From: the human T2T-CHM13v2.0 reference genome, Homo sapiens
Direction: 5' to 3' (one strand)
Assembly: GCF_009914755.1 (NCBI RefSeq)
Contig: NC_060931.1
DNA length: 64,000 bases
A model generated the notes under the pieces. The model ran no database searches and was not told the DNA's origin. It saw only the letters and a list, made by a program, of their open reading frames with translations. A program made the translations under genes and the position numbers. Of this stretch, positions 31,899 to 46,699 are shown piece after piece; positions within the stretch are counted from its first letter, which is position 1, and each line of letters starts with the position of its first letter.

Positions 31899-34800
31899 TA
31901 AATACTAGAAATTATCTTTTGTACTAGTCTATTTTTCAAAGGTAGAAGTAAATCAGTACTTCTTAGTTAAACTCAGTAAAAAGTAACATAATTTTAACAT
32001 TATATACTATGTTAAGTGAGCATGAATATTAAGAGTATATTTTAAGCATATATTTATTTTTAAAATTATTTGCCTATCCTTAGAAGTACACAGACCCATA
32101 TCCATTGATTATAGAATTTATTTTCCACTTACAGGGAAGATTTTCTCTTTTTAAGATGCTACTTAAAACACCATGGAAACACACAGTATAAAACAAAACA
32201 AAATAATAACCATGGTCCCTTAATAAAGCAATTTATCATTTAGTGAGGATGGAGTTGTATAAATGTGTTGAGATGCTCATACATAGTATTATATCCAGAC
32301 TATTAATGTGTTTTAATATGTATTTACATATTCTACACTTTGTTCCAGAAGAAAATGAGGGAAATATGGTTTCTGTACAGCATCATCATTAATCTATTCT
32401 AATCATTTTATACTGTGCAGAAAGGGAAGATGATTTGTTGCTGATCTGTGCAGCTCCTGTGGTCTTAGCCTGTTGCCTACATATACTAAATGATTTCTTA
32501 CCAGTGAATACTAACTTGGTATATAATCTATCAAACTTGCATAAGATTTGCATTGTATAATTACAGCACAAGATCTTCCAACGATGTCTTTTCACCTTAT
32601 ACAGATAAAGAACAAAATTTAGGGCTACCTCTGACTAAAGAGTTGATACTTTGTTACTTTGTAATCAACAAAGGAATATATTATATTCATACACACACAC
32701 TCACAAGTGAGTGTATATGTGCGAGACAATAGATATATTTTTCTGTGAGCTCATTATTAGCACTTTTCATTTTTTTCCCTTTGATTCCCAGAATTTAAAT
32801 CTCTGAACAAAGACAATCCCCTTTAAATTGGTCTCCAAGGCACAGTTGTCAGGTCTGCTAGTAAGCAGCTCCATTCTTCCTGCAGATGGAAGCACTTTCA
32901 GGGTCAAACAGGTCACCCTCCTTTGGAGACCAGCAGAAGCTGCAGCAGAGTCCGCAGATGGTCTTGCATCAAAGAGCTCAGCGTTTAATTTGCGTGGTCT
33001 TCAAAACAGTATCACCCTGATTTTCCAGTGTCTACACTGGTCATCAACTTACAATTTAAAATATTTTATACATTTTAGACAAGAAAGGCTATTTAATTTA
33101 TATAAAAGTCCATTATATTTCTAAATTTCTTTCTAAAAATCAATAACTGAATGCATGAAATAAGTAAAAAGGAATATTTAGCTGAGAAAAATTTACCTTG
33201 CATTTTCTTTTTGGCTCTTTGACATAATTAAAGGTCACAATTGAGCATTTATCACCCAGAGGTTATTATCAACTGCCCATTAGTATGGGTGGTCATTGTT
33301 GAACTAAATGGGAGACAAGGAAAAGTCCACTCATAAGGCATTAATTCTTTTCATTTGTACTTAAATGGCTATCCATTATCTAAGGAATCTGAGTATGGAT
33401 ATTACATCTCTGAAGAGTGAGGCATATTTATTCCTGTGTCAAAAAATGCCATCAAAATCGGTAAATACAGAGTTGGCTGTTTCTTTTTTTCTATTCATGA
33501 AATACTAGCATGCCTGTGATCAAGGTAATTATGCTCGGTTGACCTTAGGAGAAAGTAGTGATTAAATTATCATGTTTCTTCTATTTAAATTCATTATTTT
33601 GTTCTGCTGTCATGTTTGTATTTATGCTTCCAGACTTTCATTTACCATACCAGTTCAAACAATATTTTATAATATTCATTATCTCTGTTTCTATGTTAAC
33701 ACTTTCTACCACTGACACTCCCAGTTTTCCCCAAACCAAAATTTTTACTTCATTATGTACAAAATTCAGCTGCCTTTATTCCCCGCTGGTAGGATTTTTT
33801 ATGTGATCTGGGAAGTGAACCATACTGAAGACATATCTAAGGATGGTGAATGAGAGGGAAAAAGCCACCCGACTCATCTTAATTATCCAAATTTCCTTTA
33901 GAAACTGGGGAGGCAGAGTGGAAAAACCCTGGAAAATAAAATTGTTAAGTCCTAGTGAAATCAACTGGGAAACATTATTTAACTTATTTGCATCATTTTT
34001 CTGGCATGTAAAATGACTAAAATAACGCTTAATTTGCAGTTATTGAGATTAGGTGATATGCCACATGTAAAGTACCAATCAGAGCATTCAAACATTCCTA
34101 AGTCATCTAATTTGTATTTCTTGCCTTCACTAGCTTTGGAGGCCTTATCCTAGTTCAAATGATATCTCATTAAAAACTGAAATATGAATCTTGTCATATG
34201 TTTTGTACAAGGTTCCTCTAGATGTGAAAGCATCTTGAGGGTAGAAACAGTACATCATTTTGTATACAGTACAATATGTTGTGTGTGGTAGGTGTAAAAT
34301 AAATGTTTGTTTAGCTGAGTTAGTTGTATTGTTTATACATTCAAGAACATAAAAAGTGTACAGTATATATGTAGTAGAAACCAGTAAGCCTTTCTTAATA
34401 CTTAAGCAGAAACTATTCATTCTTTTGCACTTAATGTGTACTAAAGAATTATCCAGCTAGGACAATCGTTTGGTTTAACCGTGTCAACCAATTACCTTGT
34501 GTAAAGGAACTGAGCAATGTAATTGTTCTTTATATATGTATTATATGTATAATCAATGAATGTGTAGTTATTTACTGACTGTCCCTTTTGTTTGTTTTGT
34601 TACATACTCCTATAGTGCTGTACTTTCTCTAACATACCCTGCACTCTGGACTCTCAACTTCATGAGGCAGAGGCTTTGCCTACACATTTTTTTAAATTGA
34701 ATTCCAGTGTACTAACTATCCCTTGAACTTTGATTAATATGCCAATTAGAATAATCTACAAAAGCTTTAATCATTTTTTACCAAGCCTTGACTTTGTTAC

Positions 34801-34957
34801 CATGTAATACTGGAATGTACAATCCTTTAATACTACTAAATTAAATATTTATATAAAAATTTTCTTAAATATGGACATTTCCTTATATTTTCAGTAGTCC
34901 GTAAGTCAGCAATTTCCCAATTGGGCTGATGAAAAATATTTTATTAAAAAATAATAG

Positions 34958-35298
<341 letters not shown>

Positions 35299-38200
35299 AA
35301 GCCCTTTTTTATATTTAAGAAAATATTTTCTTTACTTGGACCAATGAAGATTAGTGTTTTTTACTTTTCTATGTTAATGTTTAATTGGCTTTATTTGAGT
35401 ATAGAAAAGTCATGTTCTTATTGCTGACATCATTTTAAATAAAGAAAAATATGGATATTTAAAAAAGTCTTCCAAAATCCAGCTACAGAGGAGACAGGCA
35501 CTGTTAACATTTTGGTGAATTCTGTTCCTTGATAGACCTTTGCCATCTGACTCCATTGCCCATTTATCTTGCTGAGGGACATGAAAGATGGTAACAGCAA
35601 TTCTGCTATCCAAGCCACCATCAAACAGCCGCTCACCATTTTGTAGACACCCCTGCATTTTCAGAATCATTTTCTTGGATCCCCATTTTACCCTTTAATT
35701 TGGGTACCCATAGATGCAATTTCTCAGCATAATACTACTGCACTTCTTATAAGTTGGGGTTCTCTGACTACTGCCCTCATTCTTCTCCTTTTCTTCCTGA
35801 CCATCCTCTTCTGGGAATGGAGAGGAGGTTAAGTGGTGGCTAGTGGTTGTGAGGTCAGTTTTGAGTAGTTTCCTTCCAATTATTGACAGTTCAATTTGGG
35901 CTATTGGGTTCTAAGTATCTCATTGCCTTATATTTTGAGACATAGTAAAAACAATAAGGCACCAAAGAAAAGCCTTCTCAATGTCTTATGAAAATGGGAT
36001 TACAAAATTTCTAGATGAAAGTGTGATGTATTTATGTATTCATTTTTCTTTCCACTGTGAAATGTGATTAGCTAGGGCTTTTTTTCTCCTATGCCTCTTA
36101 TTCATTTCAGAGGTCCAATTTGTTATTATCCAAGAATTATTTCCTCATTACTTTTAATTTTTTATAATAAATAAATATAAACCTTTTAACATTTTAATTA
36201 TATTCATATCGATATTTGGACTTAATTTTTCAGCCTTTTTTTTCACAAACGTTCCTATTATATTTTATTTATGAAAGTCTCTCATGGGTATTCTCTCTTT
36301 ACGTCTTGCTTTATTTCTTTTCAATATTTTAAATATTTGTTAGATACCTGAGAGTTACTTTCTCTAACAAGTACTTGTCATATGAAGAAGATTGCCTTCT
36401 AATTTTTTACTATTGCTTTCCTTCAAAAAAATGATAGCATAGTTGTTACTGCTTCCCCCTTGTCCATAGAAAGTGACTGAAGACCTATTTCAAGATGTGG
36501 TACATAGGAAAAAGAAAGTCCTTAAAAATCCTCATGGTTTATGTATTACTTAATTAACTCATTCATGCTTTTCAATTCATTCAAAACGTACTTCCTGAGT
36601 GTCCACTGTTTACCAAATAGATGAAAGTTCTCTTTGATGACAGGGAACATGTATATAGTAGAAATAAATCAAAATTCAAAATCATTGCTATAATTTAGAT
36701 TCCAGAACTCAATCTTACTGAATGATATACTATCCAGTTACATAATTAAGCAGCCATAAGATGTTATAGTATAATCCTCCTTTAACAGAATAATGTAATC
36801 ATTTGTTTATTTTCATTGCTCTTCAAAAAAAAATTTAGGCAGAGAGAAAAACTAAAATGTGTTTTTTTAAGTTATTTCATTTATTTTTTACATAATTTTT
36901 CTTTATTTGTATAAATACTTCTTAAATAACAGATCTGTTATAAGAAAATTTAAAAATAAATTGTGCAAAGAGGAAAAAAACTATCCACACAGGTGCTAGG
37001 CTGGCTTGAACTCAATTTTAATACCATCTGGGAAAATGAGATCAGGGACCAAGGGAAAAAAAAAAAAAAGAAAGCTTTTTCTTTTTCCTTTTTGAACAGC
37101 CTGGGAGAGGATTTAGGTCAATATGTAAATGTTTGTGTACGTGAATAGGAAGCACTATGAGCTGGTTCAGAACATCAAGCTGCATCAGAGATTGAAGAAA
37201 TTATAATTACATAGTATAAGACTGTTGCATGGAAAAGGGAAAATGTGATGATATCAGATGTTATTTGTTTTTTTTTTTTTTACACAATTTAGTAGCATCC
37301 TAGCAGTTATTTTATCAAGAACATACTTTTTCCATTCACATATTTGTTTCAAGATTTTTTCCCTTATATCCAGTCACCTAATGCTAAATAGGACCACAAA
37401 TTGATTCTGTCTGCAAATATTTTTTTATCTGCTAGTATATTTAGTGATTGATTAGATGTGATTAATTCTAAGCAGCAAAAATTTAAAGTATTTTCCTAGT
37501 ATTAAAAAGAGAAATAAGTGCCTGTTGCTTGTAATTTTTATCCTTAGCATACTGAAAAGTAATTTGTGTAGCAGAAGATAATGTTTGTACTGTTTGGCAC
37601 ACAGTGCTAAAAAATAAGTGCTTCTTGCCTTGGGTTATCCCCTGGGTACTGGTCTGAGGTATTTTTAGAGTGAATGGACGCATCTATGTGGAAATTCTTG
37701 CTTACCCCTGACACAGTCTTAAAGCAGATTCTCACATAAATAGAACAAAATTAATGACTACATGCAAAGCCCCTTAGAAGGATGGTGCTTAGTTCTCAAT
37801 ACTCAGTGAAGGGAACTGGAAGGAGTCATCAATCTTTCTTGGTAGATAAAGTAATTGTACTGGTGTTCCTACAGTTTCTAGAAGCTGCTGCCATGCCTAT
37901 GACTTCTGTTCTCAGTCGGGCATAAGCATACACTAGAAGTGTATTTTAGGTGGTTCCTAAAATAAGGACTAACTCAAAAGTCTCCAGTCTCCATTACTCC
38001 TTGATTCCTCCAGGCTTATGTAAGTTATTCTTTCTTCTCTGTTATTTTGTCCCTACATTAAAACCTGCTCTCATAGTATACAAATTTCCACATCTTTCTC
38101 CCCTCCAAACTAAAATCTACTTGGTTAAAGAAAAAGCAGTATATATCAATGTTTATAACATCAGTTCTAGAACATAGAAGGCACTCAGTAGATGTATAAT

Positions 38201-39474
38201 AAATAAAAGAATAAATGCTACCTTGATATCTACCTCCAAATGAAATTTGTTGTTTTCATGGAAAGCGGTTATCTATTGCTCAGTGAATGGAGTCTGTACA
38301 GAGCAAAGCTTAAAGAGCCTTTGACCAGTGGCTGAACTAATGTTGAAAATTAAACTACTACAGTCTTATTGATTAGGATATATCTGTTACAAATATTATT
38401 TTACATCATGAATCTAGCATGGCAGTAAACATTTTTGAATTAAAATTATAAATATATATGTATATAATATCAGAAAACAACTTGCTTTATATCATATAAT
38501 ACATTCACAACTATTAGTGTCTTCTATTTTTCTTTAACCCTTTAAAAACCATAGAGGTAAGAGCTACTTGAGACTATACTTATAAAAATGTCCTTTAATG
38601 ATTTGTTAAATAAACTCTTCAAAATGTGCCCTATTCTGACCCTTAATTATATCCACATTTTTATTTTATTTTTGCAGTATCAATTTTTTAAGTGACTGAT
38701 TACCACATTACATTTACTCCTTGGGCTTTATTTGGGCACTTTAGACAAAAACACAATTTTTTCATAATATCAGAGAAATGTACCAGGAGATTAACCATAT
38801 TGTTTCCATGTTGAAGTCACCACATTGTACTGTCACTGGCAAAAGATAGTGCTCTGCTTTTATTCTAACGGGCATTTGCTTGTTATTTTCCATAAATAAA
38901 ATGCTGCCTAAACAAGGTATTTATATTTACTAGCAACCGTTTTTTCCCATAAATCACATGAGATTCATAATTGCAGTTTGCATTTATACCCTCAACTGAA
39001 CATATTATTTGAGATACTACATCATTTTAACTATGTTATTTTCTGGATATGGAAAGTTTGATATCCAAGAGGTAAATTATTTAAGTCTAATTCTACAATA
39101 AGTCAGTTGCAATGATGGAGTGAGGCCTAAGAAAGTTATTCATTTGAGACCCATAATTATAACTTTGACAATTTTTCATAAATTTTTAAAAAGATTATTA
39201 GCAAAATAAAAATTGCTCACCTTTTTTGCTTACCATATTCCAAGAATGTGTCTAAATGCTATATTCTTACTAATTTAATCAACTCTCCCCTCACATTCTA
39301 ATGAAGGAGTTGATATTACTAATCATATTTTTAAAAGAAAAAGAAGCAGCAAAGAATTAGTTTCCTAATCCAAGTTCATAAAATCTAAATGTATCATAGC
39401 TAGAATTTAGACCCACTGGCTCTTCTCCTTTAGAGCCAGAGGTCTCAAGGCCACACTGGCACAATTCTTGGAAG

Positions 39475-39517
39475 CTGAGCAATATACAACCTGCAAAGCT
39501 GTACATGAAGGTCCTGA
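39475..39517. mobile_element. MER91-like hAT-Tip100 end fragment
   Basis: caatatacaacctgcaaagctgtacatgaaggtcctg resembles the MER91 terminus. Confidence 0.45.
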
Positions 39518-40457
39518 GTGCTTTTAACCACTTCACTGTAATGCCTCTTGGGTGAAATTGGCTCACATATATTTTTCCAGAAGAAAATAAAGACATATCT
39601 GTGTATTTGTAACTATACAAATATATCAGTTAAGTTGTATTAATTTGTATGCAGCATTTAAAAACATCTTCACACAACTCAAAATCAATTAGCTCAATAA
39701 CACTTTTTGAAACTCAATACAGCTGGAAATAATGACTAAAATACAATCATCTTTTTAAAATGGTTGTCTCTAATCACTTTAAAATAGAAAATACACACAG
39801 ACTGGTACCTTCTGGATAACGATTTTCAGGATTTTGTGACCAGGTGCATGACCAGGTGTTGGTGTGGTCCTGGCTGCAAGCAGGACACATTATTAGCCAA
39901 GATTAATGTACTGAGTGATGCATTGCAGCTCTCAGATCAATGTGGACTGCTCCTGATATTCAATATATCTTGCAAAATGACTTCAAAGAAACAAAAAATA
40001 TCCATGTGAGTGATAAAATACTCTTTTCGAGCCATATGCTTTAGTGTAATTTGAGCTAATGATCTATTAGAAAGAGAAAAATTGTTTCTAATAAAACAGT
40101 GTTATAAAATCTTGTTCCTTCTTACTAAACCTGTGACACTTTTCACTTTGCACCTATATGAAATTGTGTGGAAGAGAACATTGTTATTCCTAGATTAATT
40201 CTGCTGAACCACGAAAATCAGAAATTAATTTTATATTTTAAAAGGTCTTTTAAAATTTATGACAGCTTTTTAGTGTTCAATATCCTTAATAGGAAGTCTT
40301 AATTTTTGTTATCTAGACATTTGTTTTGTAGAAACAAGCATGTTTATGTAGTTCACTGTTATATCCTTAGCAATTAGAATAGCTCGAGTGACACATTGTA
40401 GGTTTTCAATAGAAATCTGTTGAATTAAGTTGATATCTTTAAAAAAAGTGAAAATTA

Positions 40458-40782
<325 letters not shown>

Positions 40783-41769
40783 CAGTACTATATCATAAAT
40801 TTTCCAAAATCCTTAAAAATCCTTAGAAATTATAGTTTTTAATATCTTAATATGCATCTCTAGTCAGATACATCATAATTTTTTTACAATGTTCCACATT
40901 TTTGGACATTTAGTTTGTATTTTCTCTTAGCAGAAATTATACAACATAGAACATTCTTGTTCAATTACATGTGTTTCTCTCATTGATTTTTTTTTTAAAT
41001 AAATTTGATAGGTGACATTGCTGGTTCAAAGTGCATAGCAGTTTTAATATAATGCCTATTGCATCCGAAGTATTTTATCAGTTTAAACACTTCTAAGGAC
41101 ATAAAACTGTCTAATTTCCCAACATTCCCTGTAACACTTAGTATTAAGATTTATTAAATGTTTTTTAATGTGATAAATAAAAGCACATTTCGTTGACATT
41201 CGAACAAGTACCTCAATATTATTGCTTAATTTTAAAGTGCCAGTGGGGATTGTTGATGACAGCAGAATAGGTCCCTGGGTCACATTCTTACCTCACTCGG
41301 AGTTTCCAAATTTTTATTTATGGTTATTCTAATAGGCCTGATTATACTAAACATAAGGCATATATTATATAAATTTGGCCTTCAGTTCACCCCCTCCCAA
41401 ATCTCTAGCTGTTAAAGAATATCTTGTCTGTTGAGAGGTGGCATTTAAAGACACAAATAACTGTCATTTCTGTTATTATGTTTTCTATTTCCAAAGGGAA
41501 GACTATAAGATATAATATTTTAGATCATTAGATTGACAAACAAGTACTCTATATGGCCAGAAATGTTACTAATTTTTCAAAAGAAACAAAAAGAACAGCA
41601 AAAAATGAGCACTTGGATGCCAAGATATTTTTAGTCAACAATCATTGCTCTATAACTAAATATTTTGAAAAATATTTCACCTAGTAAGATTTTTATGATT
41701 TAAAAGAAGTAAAACATAATAATGTTGTAAATTGTATAGTCATAAACATTGTAATTTGACTGATGACCC

Positions 41770-42293
41770 TGCTTTGCATTTCTTTGCCTTTTTGACTGAT
41801 CTTCCCTATGTTGGAGCAATCCCTCTCTCTATGAGTCTTGCCAAGGGACAGGGCTCAGTTTCCATTGCGGAAGCTGAAGCATCCATATGCTTTATTTTTT
41901 CTAACCTACTTCTATGATAGTGGGAAACAGGCATATGCCTAGGAATTCAATCTTGACCTTCCTACCCAGGACGAGAATCTCTCACAGGAGGGTAATGAGT
42001 CATAGTAAAGAATTCCTCTTGGTTGCATTGATGGTGTCAGCAGGAGTACTTCACTCCCAGTGTTGGCAGTGGCAATGACCTCAGACCTCACCATACTGTT
42101 ACTGAGGCATAATTATGGCTTGGTTCTGATTGCCTAGCTCTGTAAGTCACAGGTCAGAAAACCAAGACTGTTTCTCCTGAAAATTTCTGGGCTGCTCTAT
42201 GAGATACCTCATAGTCTTTGAGTAATTTCCTTTTAAACTTTAAATAGCCTGAATCGTTTTTTGTTGCAGCTGCTAATAACCCTGACTGAAACA
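41770..42293 (+). mobile_element. LTR33-like ERVL solo LTR
   Basis: 3' end tttgttgcagctgctaataaccctgactgaaaca resembles LTR33. Confidence 0.5.
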
Positions 42294-44889
42294 GAATTTC
42301 TAATCTAAAATTAAAATAATTAATCACTGCAGATATAATAGATGATGGAAGGTGTGTGTCTCTGATGAGCACTTTCATCTAATACAAGGTTAATTGTCCA
42401 AAAAGAACTCTGGTAAGTAGGGTAGTGAAAATAGGGTATCATGCTAAAAAGATTAATTACCATGATAGTTGGAGGTCATAACTAAAATGACTAAGGATTG
42501 GTAGTATGGATAATAATAAAAATCATTTTGAAGCTTTGACAGCCATTATACTAACATTTATGTGTTTGTAGCAGGCTGGAGATGGAAATTATTACATCAC
42601 CTTATTTCTACAAAATATATTTTTAGTTTTATATTTCACTAAGTTTACTGCTAGATTAATTGTCAGAATCTCTTATACTGATATTCGTACTGACAATACA
42701 TTGCTATATGGTATATCAAAACTCTGTTCTGGACTGTTTAATATTTCTTCCTTTATCTAAAATGTGAACTGTGGCATTTTATCTGTTTGATTTTTGCCTG
42801 CATCTTGCGAAGGTATGTTTTGCGGCAGTTTGAGCAACAAATTTGGACCACCCCACTGTTGCAGAGAAGTTATTACTTTTAGTATCAGTTATTTTGATGA
42901 GATGACATGGATTTCCAAATATTCCTCCTCTCTGGTGAATAAACTAACAGGTAATAACTGAAAGAGATCCCTATATCAGGAATTCTCTGACAGAATTCCA
43001 CAAAAGCAAAGATTTTCTTAGAGATTATTTTGCATCCTGTAAGAAAACCTGTGTTGCAAGTGATACATTATTTATAGCGGCCTTTCAGAAGATAAGAAAG
43101 ATAAGTTTCCTCAGGTTTTTTGACTGATAAAGTCTTCAATTTGTCAAAGTATTCATTCACCCCTGCAGGGGAGGAATTCTTACTGATAAGCAGTAAGTTC
43201 TCATTATAACTGATCTTTATTTCTGTAATGAACTATATTTATGTGGTTACTATTTTTGAATTGAAGTTTCTTATAGATTATGTCCTACTAAATATATTTT
43301 TAAATTTAAAATGTAACAATAAATTAATATTTTTTACTTGTGTATGCTCTATCAGGAGCTATACCAAGTATTTAATATATTAAATTATTTATAAAAATCT
43401 GTGATACAAAATATTAAGGTCATAGAGATAGAAGAAAGTTGAAATTAAGGAAATTGTACAAGGTTTAAAATCGGTGTCCTAGCATTATATTATGTGGCTT
43501 TCCTCAAAGTAATCTGAAAATTTTAGGAGGTTATGGGGAAAGTTATGGTTGTACATTGTCAAAGGTCAGACATTGCAATAGACATATATGAACATGAGAC
43601 ACATGTCTTATGAACAAACCGCCAGCATTTATGGCTACAATCAACAACCATCCTGGACACCACTACCAAATGCTTCTTAAATATCACTTTAATTATATTT
43701 TTCTCATGTTCAAAAGTGTCCATTATCTGCTATATGAAGTTGTCTCCTAAGCCTTACATCTAAAGCTATTCATGTTTGATTTCAACCTACTTTTCATTAC
43801 CCATCTACCATTATCTCAATATGTACCCTATATTCCAGCCAAAATACTTTGTCCTGTCTTAAAATGGCCTGTGTAACTTAGATTGGGTGATATTGCCATC
43901 CTTCATTTTCCCATTAATGATGATCTATTCTAAAATGTACAATAAAACCTTTTTGTTATCTTTCCAAATGGAATGGACCTCTTCTTCCCTGAAACTTCAT
44001 ACGATAGTTTTCGGAGGTGGCTTTCTCATGGTCAGTACTAAGCTTAGTTATTTATGTAGTTCATCATGCTAAGTTTTAAACTCATCTTTAATGTCTTGCA
44101 TTTTCTCTGGGCCATAGCTTGAATAGCTTATGTGGCTATTTTCAAACTGATAACCAATAATTCAAGTTAGTTTTTGAACAGCAACAACAAAATGCAACTC
44201 CATTAAAGCCAAGGCCACAAGAACTTTCACAGCACTGTTATTAAAATATATATAATATATAATCATGTAATATTTACTGTGTCAAATATTAATTTTCAAG
44301 ATTTTTTACATGTTTTTCTCATATATCAGGAAAGGAAGCTATAATCAACCAAAATATATCTTGGGAAAAAACAACAATGATTTTTCTTTGCTTTGTTACT
44401 CTCCACAACACACATAGTCTTTCCCCCTCTAAACTTCTGGAATCTCTTGCTCAAGCTCTAGATCACATCTTATTTTCTCCCCCTCCCCCTGTTTTCCTAA
44501 TGTACAGAAACCATCTTGCAATAGCACAAACCTCATCAAAAATTGGAGAGGGAAAGAAATAGACAATATCAACTTAAAAGCTTCTCTAGAAGAAGAAGAG
44601 GCTAGCCTAGGAAGCTTCTTATATCAATAAATATGGTTCTGTCCAGTAAATACCGAGACACTCTTAGAACATTCAGTTGCCTTTTAAATACTTAACTAGG
44701 AAGAAAAAAGCTTTAGGAGCAAAAGGGTGATTAAAGATAGATTTTAAAATATATATAAAACGTATTAGCATTATGGTAACATAACAGCTCCTATTAGAAC
44801 TTTATGATCTTTTGAAATGGATTTATAAGCTTTGAACATAAAAGCAGTGTTAATATATTTAAAAATTGCTAATTAGGATCATCAGAAGA

Positions 44890-45253
44890 TGTTAAGGTCT
44901 GAATGTTTGTATCCATCCAAAATTCATGTACTGAAACCTGATAACCAATGTGATAGTATTGCGAGGTGGGGACTTTGGAAAGTGATTACATCATGAAAGT
45001 GGAACGCCCACGAATGGAATTAGTGCCCTTATAATAGAGGCTCTGAGGAAGCTTGTTTGTTCCTTTCACCAGGTAAGGACATAGCCAAAGATGCCATTTA
45101 TGAATCAGGAAATGGGCCCTTGCAGGATACCAAACCTGCTGGCACCTTGATCTTGGTCTTCTCTAGACTCAAGAATTGTGAGAAGTAAATTTCTGTTGTT
45201 GAGGAGCTTCCCAGTCTATGATATTTTGTTATAGCAGCCTGAACAAACTAAGA
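44890..45253 (+). mobile_element. MLT1A-like MaLR solo LTR
   Basis: tgttaaggtctgaatgtttgt...ctgctggcaccttgatcttgg...ttgttatagcagcctgaacaaactaaga. Confidence 0.88.
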
Positions 45254-46699
45254 TGGTGATATTTGTCACCGCTGAGTTAGAGTTTTCACTCTATTGTTTT
45301 GGATATGTAGTCTTCTCTAGAAACTAAAATAAGATATATTTGTGAGCACTCACATTTGAAAAGCCCAAGCAAGTATAAATCCAAGTCCCCACACTAAGGC
45401 CTACTCTCCCTTCCCTGAGGCATACAGGCAGCCTATTGTGCATGCATTTGGACAACCCAACCCACATGTCTAAATTTCATCCATACACCTCACAATCAGT
45501 TGCAAATCTCTTGGCTATCCAGTGGATCTAAAGGTAACACACTGGCAGCAATTGATCTTCTCGAGGACAGACCAGAAAAAGGAATTTGCACAAAACTTGA
45601 AAGTAAGCTAAAGTGCATTTGGGAAAAGAGCTCAAGGGTCCATGGTACCTGGAGCATGATCTGGAAGAGAAGGGGCTTCTGGCTGGGTATGGTCTCTTGG
45701 ACCAACAATTTTCTCAACCTGTGGAAGAGAGTGCCACTTTTCAGTAATGAGTAATCCAATATATGACCAGTTAGTATTTTAGAGTGAAAAACTGACTTTT
45801 ACATCCTTATTTCTCCAGTTAAAATTGTATTTAAAATAGACCTTTTATTTCCATAGTGCATCTATATGAATAATTCTGTAAATTAGTTTATCTAAAATTT
45901 ATTTTACAGTGTTTCTTGACTCCCCCTTTTTTACAATTACACAGCAATAAAATACAGCTCCACATATTCTAGCTATGTCATTCAAACTGGAAAACAACTA
46001 TCATCAGCCTTTGTGACCTTTGCCAATTTGCTTAACATGTCTGTGCCTCAGTTACCTCATCTAAATATTAGAGCATTTCCTTTTAACTATAAATATTATC
46101 ATTAGAAAATGGGTAGAGTAGTACAAACACTCTATAAAATATATTCAACACTAAGTAGAAGTTCATTTGATTAGAAGACTTTAAAGTAAATCTCAAGGTA
46201 TAAAAAAGTATTGAATTGATTTTATTCTTAAAAATATTCTCATTCATGCTTATGAAACTGCTCTTGCTAAACTGCAGGCCATATTTTCTTTGTGGCAAGA
46301 GCTTCTCTGAACAAGACACTGGTAATTAGCATGTAAGTAACTAAAGATACTTAATAGAATTATTATTTTGGGTACATATATTTCATACATTTTTCTCTGG
46401 GCTTAATTCATTGCTAAATATAATACTTTACCTGTCAATAGCCAGAATTAATTTATAAAGTTGAAACCCATTTATCTTCTGTTGACAACAAATATTTATC
46501 TAACACAGTCTCTAAGTTTGACCCAGGAGAAGTCATTTACCTTCTTTTTGCTTCAGCTATCTATTTGTAAAACAAGAAAAATGATGGTCATTCTGCACCC
46601 AATTTTAAAACTGTCATTAAGATAAATGATAAGCCCATGACAAGCTTGATGATTTTTCAGTAGAAGGATGAATTTATCTATTTATTTATTTATTGTTTT

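Noticed and set aside
31495-31908. 137-aa hydrophobic, membrane-protein-like ORF
   Set aside because: F/L/S bias comes from the CT-rich low-complexity tract
35410-35670. Two overlapping minus-strand ORFs in GC-richer unique DNA
   Set aside because: No recognisable homology or convincing splice boundaries; may be regulatory but unsupported
39837-39858. TGACCAGGTG direct repeat (x2)
   Set aside because: Too short to distinguish from a slippage duplication
45496-45759. ORFs on both strands as a possible pseudogene fragment
   Set aside because: No recognisable parent protein, poly(A) or TSD
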